Virus record (IMG/VR): IMGVR_UViG_3300031994_000004
Source of the DNA: a virus
Lineage: Duplodnaviria > Caudoviricetes
Direction: 5' to 3' (one strand)
Length of the DNA: 64,000 bases
Below the pieces are notes generated by a model that saw nothing but the letters and a program-made list of their open reading frames with translations, was not told the DNA's origin and searched no databases. Positions 40,057 through 49,994 of this stretch are shown here, one piece after another (position 1 is the stretch's first letter; each line of letters begins with the position of its first letter). The position numbers were made by a program, and so were the translations under genes.

Positions 40057-40506
40057 ATGTCAGTTAGTGTAAAAGGCGAAACAGCCGAAAAATTCAACTG
40101 GACTACCAAAGGGGATTTACATACTTTAAAGAACGATGCATCAATAATCTTAATGCTTGATTACCGTGGTGAAAGAAAATATGTAAAATTTTCATTCGCT
40201 AAAGGTTTTAAATGTGATGGTCTTTCGGTTCCAAGAATTTTCAGATGGTTTTTGAAATCCTGGGACAATAAAAATGACTTGTATAATCTTGCTGGTGTAG
40301 TTCACGATGCGTTATATGGTAATAAGGGCTTTGGTCTATTTACCCGTGACGAATCTGATGCTATTTTCCGTGGATTGTTGAGAGATGCTGGTTGTAATCG
40401 TTTCCACGCTTCTACCGCAGACTTCGCTCTTGGAATTGCTGCTAAATGCCATTGGGGAGATGACAACTTAGAGACTGCTAAATATGCCACTTGCGAAGAA
40501 ATCTAA
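40057..40506 (+). CDS. DUF1353-family protein
   Basis: GFKCDGLSVPRIF.W, AGVVHDALY, RDESDAIF; AAGGAG RBS. Confidence 0.8.
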   Translation: MSVSVKGETAEKFNWTTKGDLHTLKNDASIILMLDYRGERKYVKFSFAKGFKCDGLSVPRIFRWFLKSWDNKNDLYNLAGVVHDALYGNKGFGLFTRDESDAIFRGLLRDAGCNRFHASTADFALGIAAKCHWGDDNLETAKYATCEEI

Positions 40507-40596
40507 ACAAACTAACCACATTTTTTCTTAAAGGGACCCAAAAGGTCCCTTTTGTTATAAATACTATAAAACAAATTAAATTATGGAGATTTTAAA

Positions 40597-41124
40597 ATGG
40601 ATTTAAGAGAAGCCAAACAAATTTTGAATAAAAATGGTTATGAACTATTAGACGAAGGCATTTTTCAAGGTATTAAAGACCGATTTGCTGATAGAAAACT
40701 AAACAAAGTAAATAAGAAAGTAAATAAAGCAATAAATCGTCTTTCAAAAGAAGGCCAAACTGATATTGGTGGTAGCACTGTTGATGAAAATAAAGAATTT
40801 TACAAGGTAGCAACTAAGGATATTCCAAAAGCCCTTCGTGGACTTCGTTGGGGCATTGATGACGAGAAAGCCGAAGAAATTTTAGAGAAATATGGTGATA
40901 AATACAAGTTCAACTTCCAATACTATGTAAATAATTGTACTGGAAATGAAACAAAAGAAGCAAACGAAGAAAATGGTTTGGCTTTTGATATAGATGGTTA
41001 TAAGAAAGGAACATATTACTCTGATATTTACAGAAAGAATTTCTTTGAAGAACTTGAAAAATTAAAAGAAGATGAAGGTATTGATGACTTAGAAGAATTG
41101 TTCTATAAATTGAATAAAAAGTAA
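40597..41124 (+). CDS. hypothetical protein with shared N-terminal leader
   Basis: MDLREAKQILNKNGYELLDE; late promoter 40556. Confidence 0.75.
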   Translation: MDLREAKQILNKNGYELLDEGIFQGIKDRFADRKLNKVNKKVNKAINRLSKEGQTDIGGSTVDENKEFYKVATKDIPKALRGLRWGIDDEKAEEILEKYGDKYKFNFQYYVNNCTGNETKEANEENGLAFDIDGYKKGTYYSDIYRKNFFEELEKLKEDEGIDDLEELFYKLNKK

Positions 41125-41206
41125 TTTTTTAGTACAAAATAGCATAAAATTGGAAATAGGGACCCAAAAGGTCCCTTTTATTATAAATAACATAAAGAGG
41201 TTTATA

Positions 41207-41746
41207 ATGATTAAAGAAGAATTTTACAGTATCGTAGATAATTTGGCTATGCTTAACGAAGAAGCAGAAACTGAAGTAAAATCTGCTGAAGATATGGAAA
41301 AAGAAGTTGAGAAAACTAACAAAGAAGTAGCAGATAAAGATGCTACTAGCAAAGAAAGTGGTGAAGATGGAAAGAACCCTCGTGAATTGGTACACGAACT
41401 AATCAAACCTCAGGTTGAAATTGCGACTTCTACCATAAATTCCATTAAGGACGCATACGCCGACAACTGTAACAACACTAAGGAACTAAGTTCTATGATT
41501 GACCAGATTAAGAACTGGGAAGGAACCATTCGTGGTGCTTGTAGAACGATTGCTGCTACAGTTGAAAATAAGAAAATGATTAAGAGAAACGAAAACGGCA
41601 AATATGTTGCTTGGGATGGCAGAGAATTGAAGAAAGTCTGTTCTGGTAAGGCTTACGGTATGATTATCAACGAAGATTCCCGTGACCGTTCCACATTGGA
41701 CTTGGCAGCTGCCATTATCGTATTCTATAATTCTCTTCAAGGTTAA
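41207..41746 (+). CDS. hypothetical late protein
   Basis: TATAAATA 41182, GAGG RBS, ATG 41207. Confidence 0.7.
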   Translation: MIKEEFYSIVDNLAMLNEEAETEVKSAEDMEKEVEKTNKEVADKDATSKESGEDGKNPRELVHELIKPQVEIATSTINSIKDAYADNCNNTKELSSMIDQIKNWEGTIRGACRTIAATVENKKMIKRNENGKYVAWDGRELKKVCSGKAYGMIINEDSRDRSTLDLAAAIIVFYNSLQG

Positions 41747-41764
41747 TTTGTTTGGAGTTTATGT

Positions 41765-44700
41765 ATGGCTGATGAAGTAAAGAATGGTTTAAGTGCCGAT
41801 TCAAGTAGAATAGCAAGTAAATGGAATAGAAATACTGTAGCAGATGGTTCTTGGTTACAGAAATATACATTAAATCCATTAACTGCTAGAGACTACTATT
41901 TAGCAAGTGCTATTGATGCGTTAGGTAGTGCTACTGACGATACAACATCAGCATTGAGTGCGGCTATATCGTCTGTAAGCTCAATACACGATGAATATAT
42001 CAATTATTTGTCTGCTACAATTAGTGGTGATATCAGTGGCTACATTAATTATGTTTCAGGTAGTGTAACTGCTTTAAGTGGTGATTTAAAAACTTCAGCT
42101 GATGAATTATTGCGTTTAATTGATGAAGAACATGGTAGAGCGGATGATGCAGAAACAAAAATCAATAATAGACTTGACAATATGGAAGCCGCAACTGATG
42201 TTATAAACGTATATGGTTCGTGGGATGATTTCACAGATAATTCAGGTGATTTGTTCACATTATCTGGTATTACAGATAATGATATAATTAAAATTTTAAA
42301 TGATAAAAATAGTTATCCAAATGAAATGTTCCCAGGTGTACAACCAGTAGCAAGTGGACATCAAACATATTTCAGATGGATAAACTCAGCAATTCCGAAG
42401 TCTGCTCATATTAAACCATTAGACCCAACATCAGGTTATTGGAATTTTATTGGTTATGTGGACCCTTATTATACTACAACAGAAATTGACGAATACTTAA
42501 ATGAATTATCAGCAACAGTATCCGATAATTATTTGTCAGCAAATGAAAATGCAGTTAGTGCTGGAAAAAATATACAAATTATTTACGATGAAAATAAGCC
42601 AAAAATTACTATTAACACAAAAGATGATGTAGAATTTAATAATGTAAGCTCTAAAAATGTTTCATCAACAAATGTAACGGCATTAACTGCACAAGGTAAC
42701 AGTGCTAATTTCACTACCGGTAATTTTACTAATTTGACTTCTACTAATGCTACAGCTACAAACATACAAGGAACACAAGCAAACTATACTAATTTTAGTG
42801 GTTCATATCTTACTGGAGTAAATGGTAATAATACCGTTACTACTACAATTTCAGGTCTTATAAATTCAGCATCTGAGATTGGAACTAAATTAAATATATC
42901 TGATTTTAATAATTGGTCTGGTTCTACAGCTAGTTTGTTCAGTGGAACTTCTAGAAGTGCTAAATCAGCTAATAGTGCTACAAATGCTTATAGTTCTACA
43001 ACTGCTTATGCAGCTCAAAATGTAGGTAATGTTGCTAGTGCAGATTTAATTGGTTCAGCACAAAGTGGTAAAGCCGCATATAATGTATTATCTGCAGCTA
43101 CATTTACAGCAAATGATACAACGGCTAAACTATCGGCTGGGTTTAAACTTATTGCTGGTCAAGGTGTAGACATTCAACATGCCGCTGGTTCTACTGATAT
43201 AACCATAACAGCAGAAGGAACTACATATTCGGAAGGTGATTATATTTCAACAGCAAATAAAACTATTGCTGTAACTAGGGATTTAATTACATCAGCTAAT
43301 GCAGGTTCAGCCGCTAGTGCTTGGGTAAATTCTCATTCTGCTGGATTGAATATACAAGGCGGATATGGTATATCTACTGGTACAAATGAAAATGGAAATT
43401 TAGTAATTAACATACGAAACAATGGTTGTGATTATGCTGCCTATGGTTTAGCTTTAGGTAAGAATAGTAGTGCTATAGGTGCAGCAAATGGACCTAATGC
43501 TTTTGCATTCGGTGATTATTGTTATGCTCACGGGGCAAATGCTTTTGCTGCTGGATGTCATTCAACTGCTGGTAAATTTGCAGTTGCTATGGGTTGGAAT
43601 AATGTTGCTACTGGTGATTACTCATTAGCATTAGGTTATAATTCAACTGCTGAAAGAGCTTATACAGTCGCTATAGGTCGTGGTTTAAGTGGTACTGCAC
43701 AAACAACATTAGGAAAATTTAACGAATCAGTTAATGGTGCTCAGCTAATTGTTGGTGATGGGCAAGACCAAGGACATGATGTTACTGCAAGAAAAAACAT
43801 TTTAGTAATTAAAGACGATAAAGTAAGTGCTGCTGACTTCAGTGCTGGTAATGTAAGTCTTTCTTCATTAACTAATTTTTCCGCATTTGGTAATGGTATT
43901 ACAAATACAGCAACATTTAATTTGTCTGCAGTAAAATTGAGTGCTGGCCAAGGTATTGGTTTCAAGAATGATACTAATGGTGTATTATCTATTAGTGCTG
44001 AAGGTAGAGCTTATACAGGCGAAAACTATGTAAAAGTTGATAACACAACTAAAAAGATTAGTTTGTCAGGTGATTTAGTAAATTCTGCTCAATCAGGACA
44101 AAGTGCTTATAATTGGATAACAACAAAGAGTGCTACATTATCTGCTGGCCAAGGTATAAAATTTACATCAGCAGCCACAAACACTTTAGGTATTGGACTA
44201 GATACAGATAATTTTTCAGCATCAAACATTAGTGCATTAAATTTCTATATTCCTAGTGCCAATGATGGTGCAAGATCTGTTTCCGAAATATCTTCTAATT
44301 CTACTGGTGTCTCAGCACACATAGTAGAAGAGATGGTTAATAAAGTTGTTACAGCATCTTGGCGTTCAATTATTGATGCCGCAAATGCTGCTAATAAATA
44401 TGTACCATTAACTGCTGAAAAATGTACCATTGGTGATGACAATAATGCTTATGATAATTCTTTGGCACAAGGTTCTAATAATACAGCAGAAAATCAATCA
44501 TTAGCACAAGGTTGTTTAAATGAAGCACATAGTAATTCATTAGCACAAGGTTCTAATAATAGTGCAAATTCATGTTCATTTGCACAAGGTTATTATAATA
44601 GTGCTGCAAGTTATTCTCTTGCATTTGGCACACATTCACAAGCATATCAAGGTGGTTTTGCATTTTCTCCTTATTTATGGGGTACACAAACTAAACCTTC

Positions 44701-45598
44701 ATTAGCCAGTGGTAACTCATTTGCTTTTGGTAATGGTTGTACTGCTGAAATTAATTCTTTTGCTATGGGTTCTAATTGTTCAGCTATTACTGGTGGTTTT
44801 GCTTATGGAACTGATTGTACCGCCGCATCAAATAGTATTGCTATGGGTGTAGGTATGGTATCAAAAGCAAAACAAATTTCTTTAGGTTACTATGGTTTAA
44901 TACAATCAGGAGCAACTAATAATGTAGTTTTCCATGTTGGTTATGGGTTAGGTCCAGAAGACGAAAATAGAAGAGATGTTTTTAGAGTAACAAGTGCAGG
45001 TGCTATTGCTAGTTTTAATGCCGGTTATGCTAATCCACAACCAGCTGAAGTTCTATTAACTAATGAATTTTTCCAAGCACCTAGACAATTTGGTAGAAGA
45101 ATACCAATGCGTTTATCACAAGGTCTTGAAATGGGAAATGGTTTGAATCTTAATATCAAAACTTATCCTGCTGCTTTTACTGCTACACATAATATAATCT
45201 TTGGTGATGATGCCGAAGGATATTGTTTTAATATGTGGATTCCTGATACAACTGCATCACAAGAATTTACATTAACAAAAGCTGCTTCTATACATCGTGG
45301 TGTATATAGATTATCTATCGGTGTTGATAAAAATTATTCTATTATATTTAAAAACTTTGAACCAAATACAGGTAGTCAATCAAACCATACTGTAATTAAA
45401 ACGGGTACAAATGTTACTGGTTCTTGGCCTAATGGTGGTACTAATGCTACTTATGATTATTCATCATTTTTCTTGGATAAAGAACAAGCAACATCAAATA
45501 CATACTTTAATTTTCCAGCTATACCTTGCGATGATGTTATAACATTTATTGTTGATGGTGCAACAAAACAATTTATTATGATTAAAGGGCACAGCTAA
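41765..45598 (+). CDS. long tail fibre / adhesin with YadA-like head repeats
   Basis: 1277 aa; 13-aa SLAQG.NN.A and A.A.G...A repeats; LSAGQGI motifs. Confidence 0.8.
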   Translation: MADEVKNGLSADSSRIASKWNRNTVADGSWLQKYTLNPLTARDYYLASAIDALGSATDDTTSALSAAISSVSSIHDEYINYLSATISGDISGYINYVSGSVTALSGDLKTSADELLRLIDEEHGRADDAETKINNRLDNMEAATDVINVYGSWDDFTDNSGDLFTLSGITDNDIIKILNDKNSYPNEMFPGVQPVASGHQTYFRWINSAIPKSAHIKPLDPTSGYWNFIGYVDPYYTTTEIDEYLNELSATVSDNYLSANENAVSAGKNIQIIYDENKPKITINTKDDVEFNNVSSKNVSSTNVTALTAQGNSANFTTGNFTNLTSTNATATNIQGTQANYTNFSGSYLTGVNGNNTVTTTISGLINSASEIGTKLNISDFNNWSGSTASLFSGTSRSAKSANSATNAYSSTTAYAAQNVGNVASADLIGSAQSGKAAYNVLSAATFTANDTTAKLSAGFKLIAGQGVDIQHAAGSTDITITAEGTTYSEGDYISTANKTIAVTRDLITSANAGSAASAWVNSHSAGLNIQGGYGISTGTNENGNLVINIRNNGCDYAAYGLALGKNSSAIGAANGPNAFAFGDYCYAHGANAFAAGCHSTAGKFAVAMGWNNVATGDYSLALGYNSTAERAYTVAIGRGLSGTAQTTLGKFNESVNGAQLIVGDGQDQGHDVTARKNILVIKDDKVSAADFSAGNVSLSSLTNFSAFGNGITNTATFNLSAVKLSAGQGIGFKNDTNGVLSISAEGRAYTGENYVKVDNTTKKISLSGDLVNSAQSGQSAYNWITTKSATLSAGQGIKFTSAATNTLGIGLDTDNFSASNISALNFYIPSANDGARSVSEISSNSTGVSAHIVEEMVNKVVTASWRSIIDAANAANKYVPLTAEKCTIGDDNNAYDNSLAQGSNNTAENQSLAQGCLNEAHSNSLAQGSNNSANSCSFAQGYYNSAASYSLAFGTHSQAYQGGFAFSPYLWGTQTKPSLASGNSFAFGNGCTAEINSFAMGSNCSAITGGFAYGTDCTAASNSIAMGVGMVSKAKQISLGYYGLIQSGATNNVVFHVGYGLGPEDENRRDVFRVTSAGAIASFNAGYANPQPAEVLLTNEFFQAPRQFGRRIPMRLSQGLEMGNGLNLNIKTYPAAFTATHNIIFGDDAEGYCFNMWIPDTTASQEFTLTKAASIHRGVYRLSIGVDKNYSIIFKNFEPNTGSQSNHTVIKTGTNVTGSWPNGGTNATYDYSSFFLDKEQATSNTYFNFPAIPCDDVITFIVDGATKQFIMIKGHS

Positions 45599-46439
45599 TC
45601 AAATTACCACTGCAAGGACTAAAAGTTAATTCACTAAATTTAACTTGTCCGTTAATTGAATACAAATCAACACGAACAAATTTAAAATCCGAAGCCAATT
45701 TCTTAACGATTGGCTTCATTTTTTTATATGTTTCTTTTTCTTTACTTAATAACTTGAATCGCATTGGTTTAATTCCAATGTACATATCAGTATTTTCACA
45801 ACTAGAATCTGTAAAACAAATAAATTCTTCCAAGTTCTTACCTAATTTCCTACTTAATTGAATATATTTGATTTCACCATTCTCACACCAAAATTGCCAA
45901 TCTAACAATTTACCTAAATCTGGTTGTACAATAATTCCACGATTTATATTTTCATACTGCCATTCAAATCCACAAATATAAGCATAATTCAAATTTAACC
46001 ATTCATTCAACTTTGAAATTAGGTAACTTGGGTCATTTCCTTTTTTCTTTTCAAATCGCATATTCCAACCAGACCCGTGATTACATCTAAAAAACCATTT
46101 ACCATCTGGCAAATGATTAAACATATCCAAAGTGAATTCTGTGTTTATGAAAATATAAGCTGGTTGAATAAGTATATTTTTTAGTTCAGTGTTTAATGCG
46201 ATTTGATTATGAGCAGCTATTTTATCTGCCCATATTGCTTTTCTTTCGTCTTTATCGTAAATCTTACACCAGTTTATTCTATCTACAATGTTCTGTGGAT
46301 TTTCCAGATTCACGCTTGGAACATTCTTTTTAGTCCACTCAATCGCATACTGCATTTTATCTTCGGCAAATCTACAGTTGTTATAATCTGTATGATGTAA
46401 TCCTTTGAGCCATTCTTGTCTGTATTCTTCTTCGGTCAT
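45582..46439 (-). CDS. TupA-like ATP-grasp protein
   Basis: ADK..A, CNHGSGWN, W.YENI, FVRVDLY...VKFSELTFSP.SG. Confidence 0.85.
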   Translation of the reverse strand: MTEEEYRQEWLKGLHHTDYNNCRFAEDKMQYAIEWTKKNVPSVNLENPQNIVDRINWCKIYDKDERKAIWADKIAAHNQIALNTELKNILIQPAYIFINTEFTLDMFNHLPDGKWFFRCNHGSGWNMRFEKKKGNDPSYLISKLNEWLNLNYAYICGFEWQYENINRGIIVQPDLGKLLDWQFWCENGEIKYIQLSRKLGKNLEEFICFTDSSCENTDMYIGIKPMRFKLLSKEKETYKKMKPIVKKLASDFKFVRVDLYSINGQVKFSELTFSPCSGNLISCAL

Positions 46440-46702
46440 GTAAAATCCTTTTCAGATTTATATAATCTATAATTCAGATTTCTATATTTGAATTCTAAAG
46501 ATAACATGTTAAAAATTTGTCTTAATTTTTTAATACTATTTATAGGTGTACTCATAAAAGGTTGTGTATAAACAATATAATTATTTTTATTTTGTTCAAT
46601 AAATCCAACTATTTCAAATTTGAAATTTTCATACAAAATTTCATTCTTTTTTATTTTAAAATTAAATTCATGACACAAGTTTAACAATTTATCGTATCTC
46701 AT
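46436..46702 (-). CDS. xxDF-family small protein
   Basis: Ends LYKSEKDFT. Confidence 0.65.
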   Translation of the reverse strand: MRYDKLLNLCHEFNFKIKKNEILYENFKFEIVGFIEQNKNNYIVYTQPFMSTPINSIKKLRQIFNMLSLEFKYRNLNYRLYKSEKDFT

Positions 46703-47022
46703 ACAAAATCCTGAGATATATTATTTAGTATAATCTCTTGGTTATATTCTTTTATACCATGTTCAACAATTTGTTCTAATAATTTGTGAGTATATATTGA
46801 AGAAGAAGTATTTTCAGTTAAAAAGTATAACAAATTAACATCTATATTTTTTCTAATTATTATATCTATTATATGATTAACATTTTCAATAGCAAATCTA
46901 CTGTTTATATCTTTGTTACAGTTACATATTTTATTTACCAAATTTGTTAAAACTATACGATACTTATTAAAAATTATGATTTTATCTTTCCTATAATAAT
47001 CTTTATATTTTTCAAGCATCAA
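46699..47022 (-). CDS. xxDF-family small protein
   Basis: Ends LNNISQDFV. Confidence 0.65.
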   Translation of the reverse strand: MMLEKYKDYYRKDKIIIFNKYRIVLTNLVNKICNCNKDINSRFAIENVNHIIDIIIRKNIDVNLLYFLTENTSSSIYTHKLLEQIVEHGIKEYNQEIILNNISQDFV

Positions 47023-47329
47023 AGTCTCCTTCCATCTTTTTAAGTCTATCCAACATTTTTCGGTATTTTATTTTTGGCAAAAAATCAGTATCCATTACTT
47101 CACACGCTTCTTCGTAAGTTTCTATTATTAGAACTTTAGTGAAGAATCTAAGCGAAATCCAAGTTAGTTTAGTTTCAAATACAGTACAATTACAAATAGC
47201 AATGGCTGTATTCAGTGTAGGTTCGTATATTTTTGAAGGAAGATAAAAATAATTGTTGCTGTAATCTATACCCATTTCAACATTTAAATTATACTTTTCC
47301 TTAAATTTCTTAAATTCTTCAGGTGTCAT
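47012..47329 (-). CDS. xxDF-family small protein
   Basis: Ends LKKMEGDFDA. Confidence 0.7.
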   Translation of the reverse strand: MTPEEFKKFKEKYNLNVEMGIDYSNNYFYLPSKIYEPTLNTAIAICNCTVFETKLTWISLRFFTKVLIIETYEEACEVMDTDFLPKIKYRKMLDRLKKMEGDFDA

Positions 47330-47610
47330 TAGAAATCTTTATCCAAACTTTTAATTCGTTCTCGTTGTATATTTTCTTTAAGTTGTTTGATTTTGTTTGA
47401 CAAGCGTTCTTGTAAATCTTCTTCTTTAATGTGATTAAGAGTTTCACCTGTAAATGGATATAACCACAAAATACTTCTGTTAATCTTTTTTGTCAATAGG
47501 ATGTTCCCTATTGCTACTTTATTTTTGAAAACTAAAATATATCCATTATTACAAGGTGTGCGACCTAAACCATATTCGCAGACAATTCTATCAAAATCGG
47601 TATATGTCAT
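47329..47610 (-). CDS. xxDF-family small protein
   Basis: Ends IKSLDKDF. Confidence 0.7.
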   Translation of the reverse strand: MTYTDFDRIVCEYGLGRTPCNNGYILVFKNKVAIGNILLTKKINRSILWLYPFTGETLNHIKEEDLQERLSNKIKQLKENIQRERIKSLDKDF

Positions 47611-47876
47611 TTAAAATCTTCCTTAATGTCTTCTAGTTTGTTTTCCAGTTGAGTTTTCTTATATCTTTCAATGAAGTGCTCAAGTTTCAAAGTGAAAGCT
47701 ATAACATTATCATAAGCATCACATGCACTGAAAAATACAGTGCAACTTTTCATATCATTATTCATCCAATAATTTGCTACATTATTTTGTCTATAATAGA
47801 TACTTCCGTTGTCACACACAAAGCCATATTCATTACAAATTTCTATCATTTTTTCAATAGTCAAAGACAAATTCAT
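47607..47876 (-). CDS. xxDF-family small protein
   Basis: Ends LEDIKEDFK. Confidence 0.7.
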   Translation of the reverse strand: MNLSLTIEKMIEICNEYGFVCDNGSIYYRQNNVANYWMNNDMKSCTVFFSACDAYDNVIAFTLKLEHFIERYKKTQLENKLEDIKEDFK

Positions 47877-48184
47877 TGGAAATCCTTTTCTATGTTGTTG
47901 AGTTTACGCTTCATTTTAAATGCTTTTTCTTTTTGCATAAGTTCATTTACATAGAAATCATAATCTTCTTTTGTGAGATTAAGTGCGATTTGTTTGGGTA
48001 CAACTATTCTGGCGTGAGGAGCATCTTCTTTATCAACAAATTCAGTTTCGCACCAACCAGCACTTATCTGGTTCATAATTTCGTCAATCCACAAAACATA
48101 TTCGTGTGGTGTGTACTTTAGCCAGGAACTAACATTCAAATCTCGCCAAGTCTTTCTTGCCATTTCATAATCATATACTTCCAT
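47873..48184 (-). CDS. xxDF-family small protein
   Basis: Start MEVYDY coupled via TAATG; ends LNNIEKDFQ. Confidence 0.7.
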   Translation of the reverse strand: MEVYDYEMARKTWRDLNVSSWLKYTPHEYVLWIDEIMNQISAGWCETEFVDKEDAPHARIVVPKQIALNLTKEDYDFYVNELMQKEKAFKMKRKLNNIEKDFQ

Positions 48185-48429
48185 TAGAAATCCTCGCCCA
48201 TTTTCTGTAATCGTTTTCTTTCTTTGAAATACTTGTTGTATGCTTCGCACCATCTGTCAAACAATGCTCGGCTGGCTAAATCTTCATTTTCGTACATATC
48301 AAGATAATACCCGCCCTGGTGCATCTGGTGGTATAAGTAGTACCTCTCACAAAGTTCTAAAATTGTTTTTCCAGATACAACAGCGTCAATACAATTTCTG
48401 CTATCAGTAAAAATCTTTAGACTATACAT
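48184..48429 (-). CDS. xxDF-family small protein
   Basis: Ends LQKMGEDF. Confidence 0.7.
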   Translation of the reverse strand: MYSLKIFTDSRNCIDAVVSGKTILELCERYYLYHQMHQGGYYLDMYENEDLASRALFDRWCEAYNKYFKERKRLQKMGEDF

Positions 48430-48695
48430 TAGAAATCTTCCTTTAATTTTTTGAGTTTATCTTGCTCTTGTTTGTATCTTAAAATTGCTCTGTAATTCCT
48501 ACCATTCTCTCTTAATTCTTCAATCGTAAATTCTTTTGCAGGAATACCAGCCGTAACGGCTTGAAGTTCTCTAGTTCTTAAATCGGAAGTCCAATATGCT
48601 AATGAACCTTCATCATACCAACTGTAGATGGTTTCATCTGAATCCATAGAGTTATTAGTTTCTATCCAAAATTGTTTATATTCCTCAAAAGTCAT
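48429..48695 (-). CDS. xxDF-family small protein
   Basis: Start MTFEEY; ends LKKLKEDF. Confidence 0.7.
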   Translation of the reverse strand: MTFEEYKQFWIETNNSMDSDETIYSWYDEGSLAYWTSDLRTRELQAVTAGIPAKEFTIEELRENGRNYRAILRYKQEQDKLKKLKEDF

Positions 48696-48876
48696 TTTCA
48701 ATGTCCATAAGTTTAAGTTTTTCTTTAATCTCTTTAATTTCTTGCTCAATTTCAATTCGTTCTTCAGTTTTCATAGTTTCTCTAGCCATAGCACCAGTTA
48801 AGAAATCTCTGTATTCCAATCTGAGATTGAGTGTTTCCAATCGTATTTGTAAAAGCTGTGCTAAAAAACTATCCAT
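48685..48876 (-). CDS. xxDF-family small protein (helical-hairpin subtype)
   Basis: Ends LKLMDIENDF. Confidence 0.7.
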   Translation of the reverse strand: MDSFLAQLLQIRLETLNLRLEYRDFLTGAMARETMKTEERIEIEQEIKEIKEKLKLMDIENDF

Positions 48877-49091
48877 TAAAAATCCTGTTCAATACTATGT
48901 CTTTTAAGTTGTTCTTTAATTTGTTTTAATTCTTTCTCAAGTTCTATTTGCTTTTCTGCTGGTAATTTGTTTTTACCTTTTTGTTTAGCCGACTGGGCAA
49001 GTACAAATTCAATATGTCGGATTCTATCTTCATAAAGCCATTTGATAAAATCGTAACTATCCATACTTGGACTTGTATCTACTTCAAACAT
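48876..49091 (-). CDS. xxDF-family small protein (helical-hairpin subtype)
   Basis: Ends RHSIEQDF. Confidence 0.7.
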   Translation of the reverse strand: MFEVDTSPSMDSYDFIKWLYEDRIRHIEFVLAQSAKQKGKNKLPAEKQIELEKELKQIKEQLKRHSIEQDF

Positions 49092-49357
49092 TAAAAATCC
49101 TCTTGTAATTTATCCAATCTTCGTTTTTGTTCGTAAAATTTTCTATTTAATGTAGAATTAGAATGTAGCAAATTTCGTGCTTCTTCAGCAGTCATATCTT
49201 TCCAGGCTTTTGTATGCTTAGTCCAAACATATTCTTTAAGTTGTTCATTGTACTTGAAAGTTGAAGGTACTAAATCCATAGATGCTAAAATTTGTTCGTA
49301 TGAATAACCTTCAGTACCATTTGGAAAGAAAATTTTAATATGTTCACTATAAGTCAT
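49091..49357 (-). CDS. xxDF-family small protein
   Basis: Ends LDKLQEDF. Confidence 0.7.
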   Translation of the reverse strand: MTYSEHIKIFFPNGTEGYSYEQILASMDLVPSTFKYNEQLKEYVWTKHTKAWKDMTAEEARNLLHSNSTLNRKFYEQKRRLDKLQEDF

Positions 49358-49563
49358 TAGAAATCCTTTTCCATTTTAATCAGTTTCAATTTCATTTCAA
49401 TTTCTTTCTTGCGGAGTTCCATTTCGTGAAAATATGGTTTTGCTCGTTCTGATTGTTTTAAGCAGGACATATTCATATCAAGAAAGAAAAGTTCTTCTTC
49501 AAGTTCATCTTCAAGAGTTTGTGGTTGTTCAACCCAAGTTATTTGTGGTCCTTTGTCTTCCAT
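49357..49563 (-). CDS. xxDF-family small protein (helical-hairpin subtype)
   Basis: Ends LIKMEKDF. Confidence 0.7.
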   Translation of the reverse strand: MEDKGPQITWVEQPQTLEDELEEELFFLDMNMSCLKQSERAKPYFHEMELRKKEIEMKLKLIKMEKDF

Positions 49564-49739
49564 TAGAAATCCTGCTCCATTTCGTATTTTCTAAGTTCTT
49601 CTTTTTCTTGCTTAATTTGAAGTTCAATTTTAGATTTTTCTTCTGGAGAAAATGTTAGTGATAACTGTAAATACAATCTTCTAATCTCCAGTTTACAGCA
49701 TCGTATCATAAATTCTCTAATTTCTTCATTAGAAGTCAT
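49563..49739 (-). CDS. xxDF-family small protein, 58 aa (absent from ORF track)
   Basis: MTSNEEIREFMIRCCKLEIRRL...ELRKYEMEQDF*, fills the gap in the array. Confidence 0.7.
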   Translation of the reverse strand: MTSNEEIREFMIRCCKLEIRRLYLQLSLTFSPEEKSKIELQIKQEKEELRKYEMEQDF

Positions 49740-49926
49740 TATTTATTTTCGTTAGTTTAAGTTGAAGTTTCAAATGTTTAATTTCTGCCTCAATAGTTGC
49801 AACTTCGGCAGTTGTCAATTTTTCATCTTCATATACTGGGTATTTACTGCGGTCTAATTTTAGTCGCAAATCTCTTATTCTATTTTCAAGTAAGCCAATT
49901 AAAAATTCATTATATTCATCTTCCAT
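49729..49926 (-). CDS. xxDF-family small protein (helical-hairpin subtype)
   Basis: Start MEDEYNEF; ends LTKINNDF. Confidence 0.7.
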   Translation of the reverse strand: MEDEYNEFLIGLLENRIRDLRLKLDRSKYPVYEDEKLTTAEVATIEAEIKHLKLQLKLTKINNDF

Positions 49927-49994
49927 ATAATAAAAATAAAAAAAGACCACATATTTGACAATATGCGGTCATAATAAAGTGTTTAAGTTAGAAC

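Noticed and set aside
29149-45598. Diversity-generating retroelement acting on fibre genes
   Set aside because: No reverse transcriptase and no template/variable repeat pair visible in the window.
46436-49926. xxDF tail as a pure by-product of an overlapping RBS (GAGGATTTT-TAATG)
   Set aside because: May contribute in the array, but the tail persists in genes with no coupled downstream start, shows synonymous variation, and includes a conserved upstream helix.
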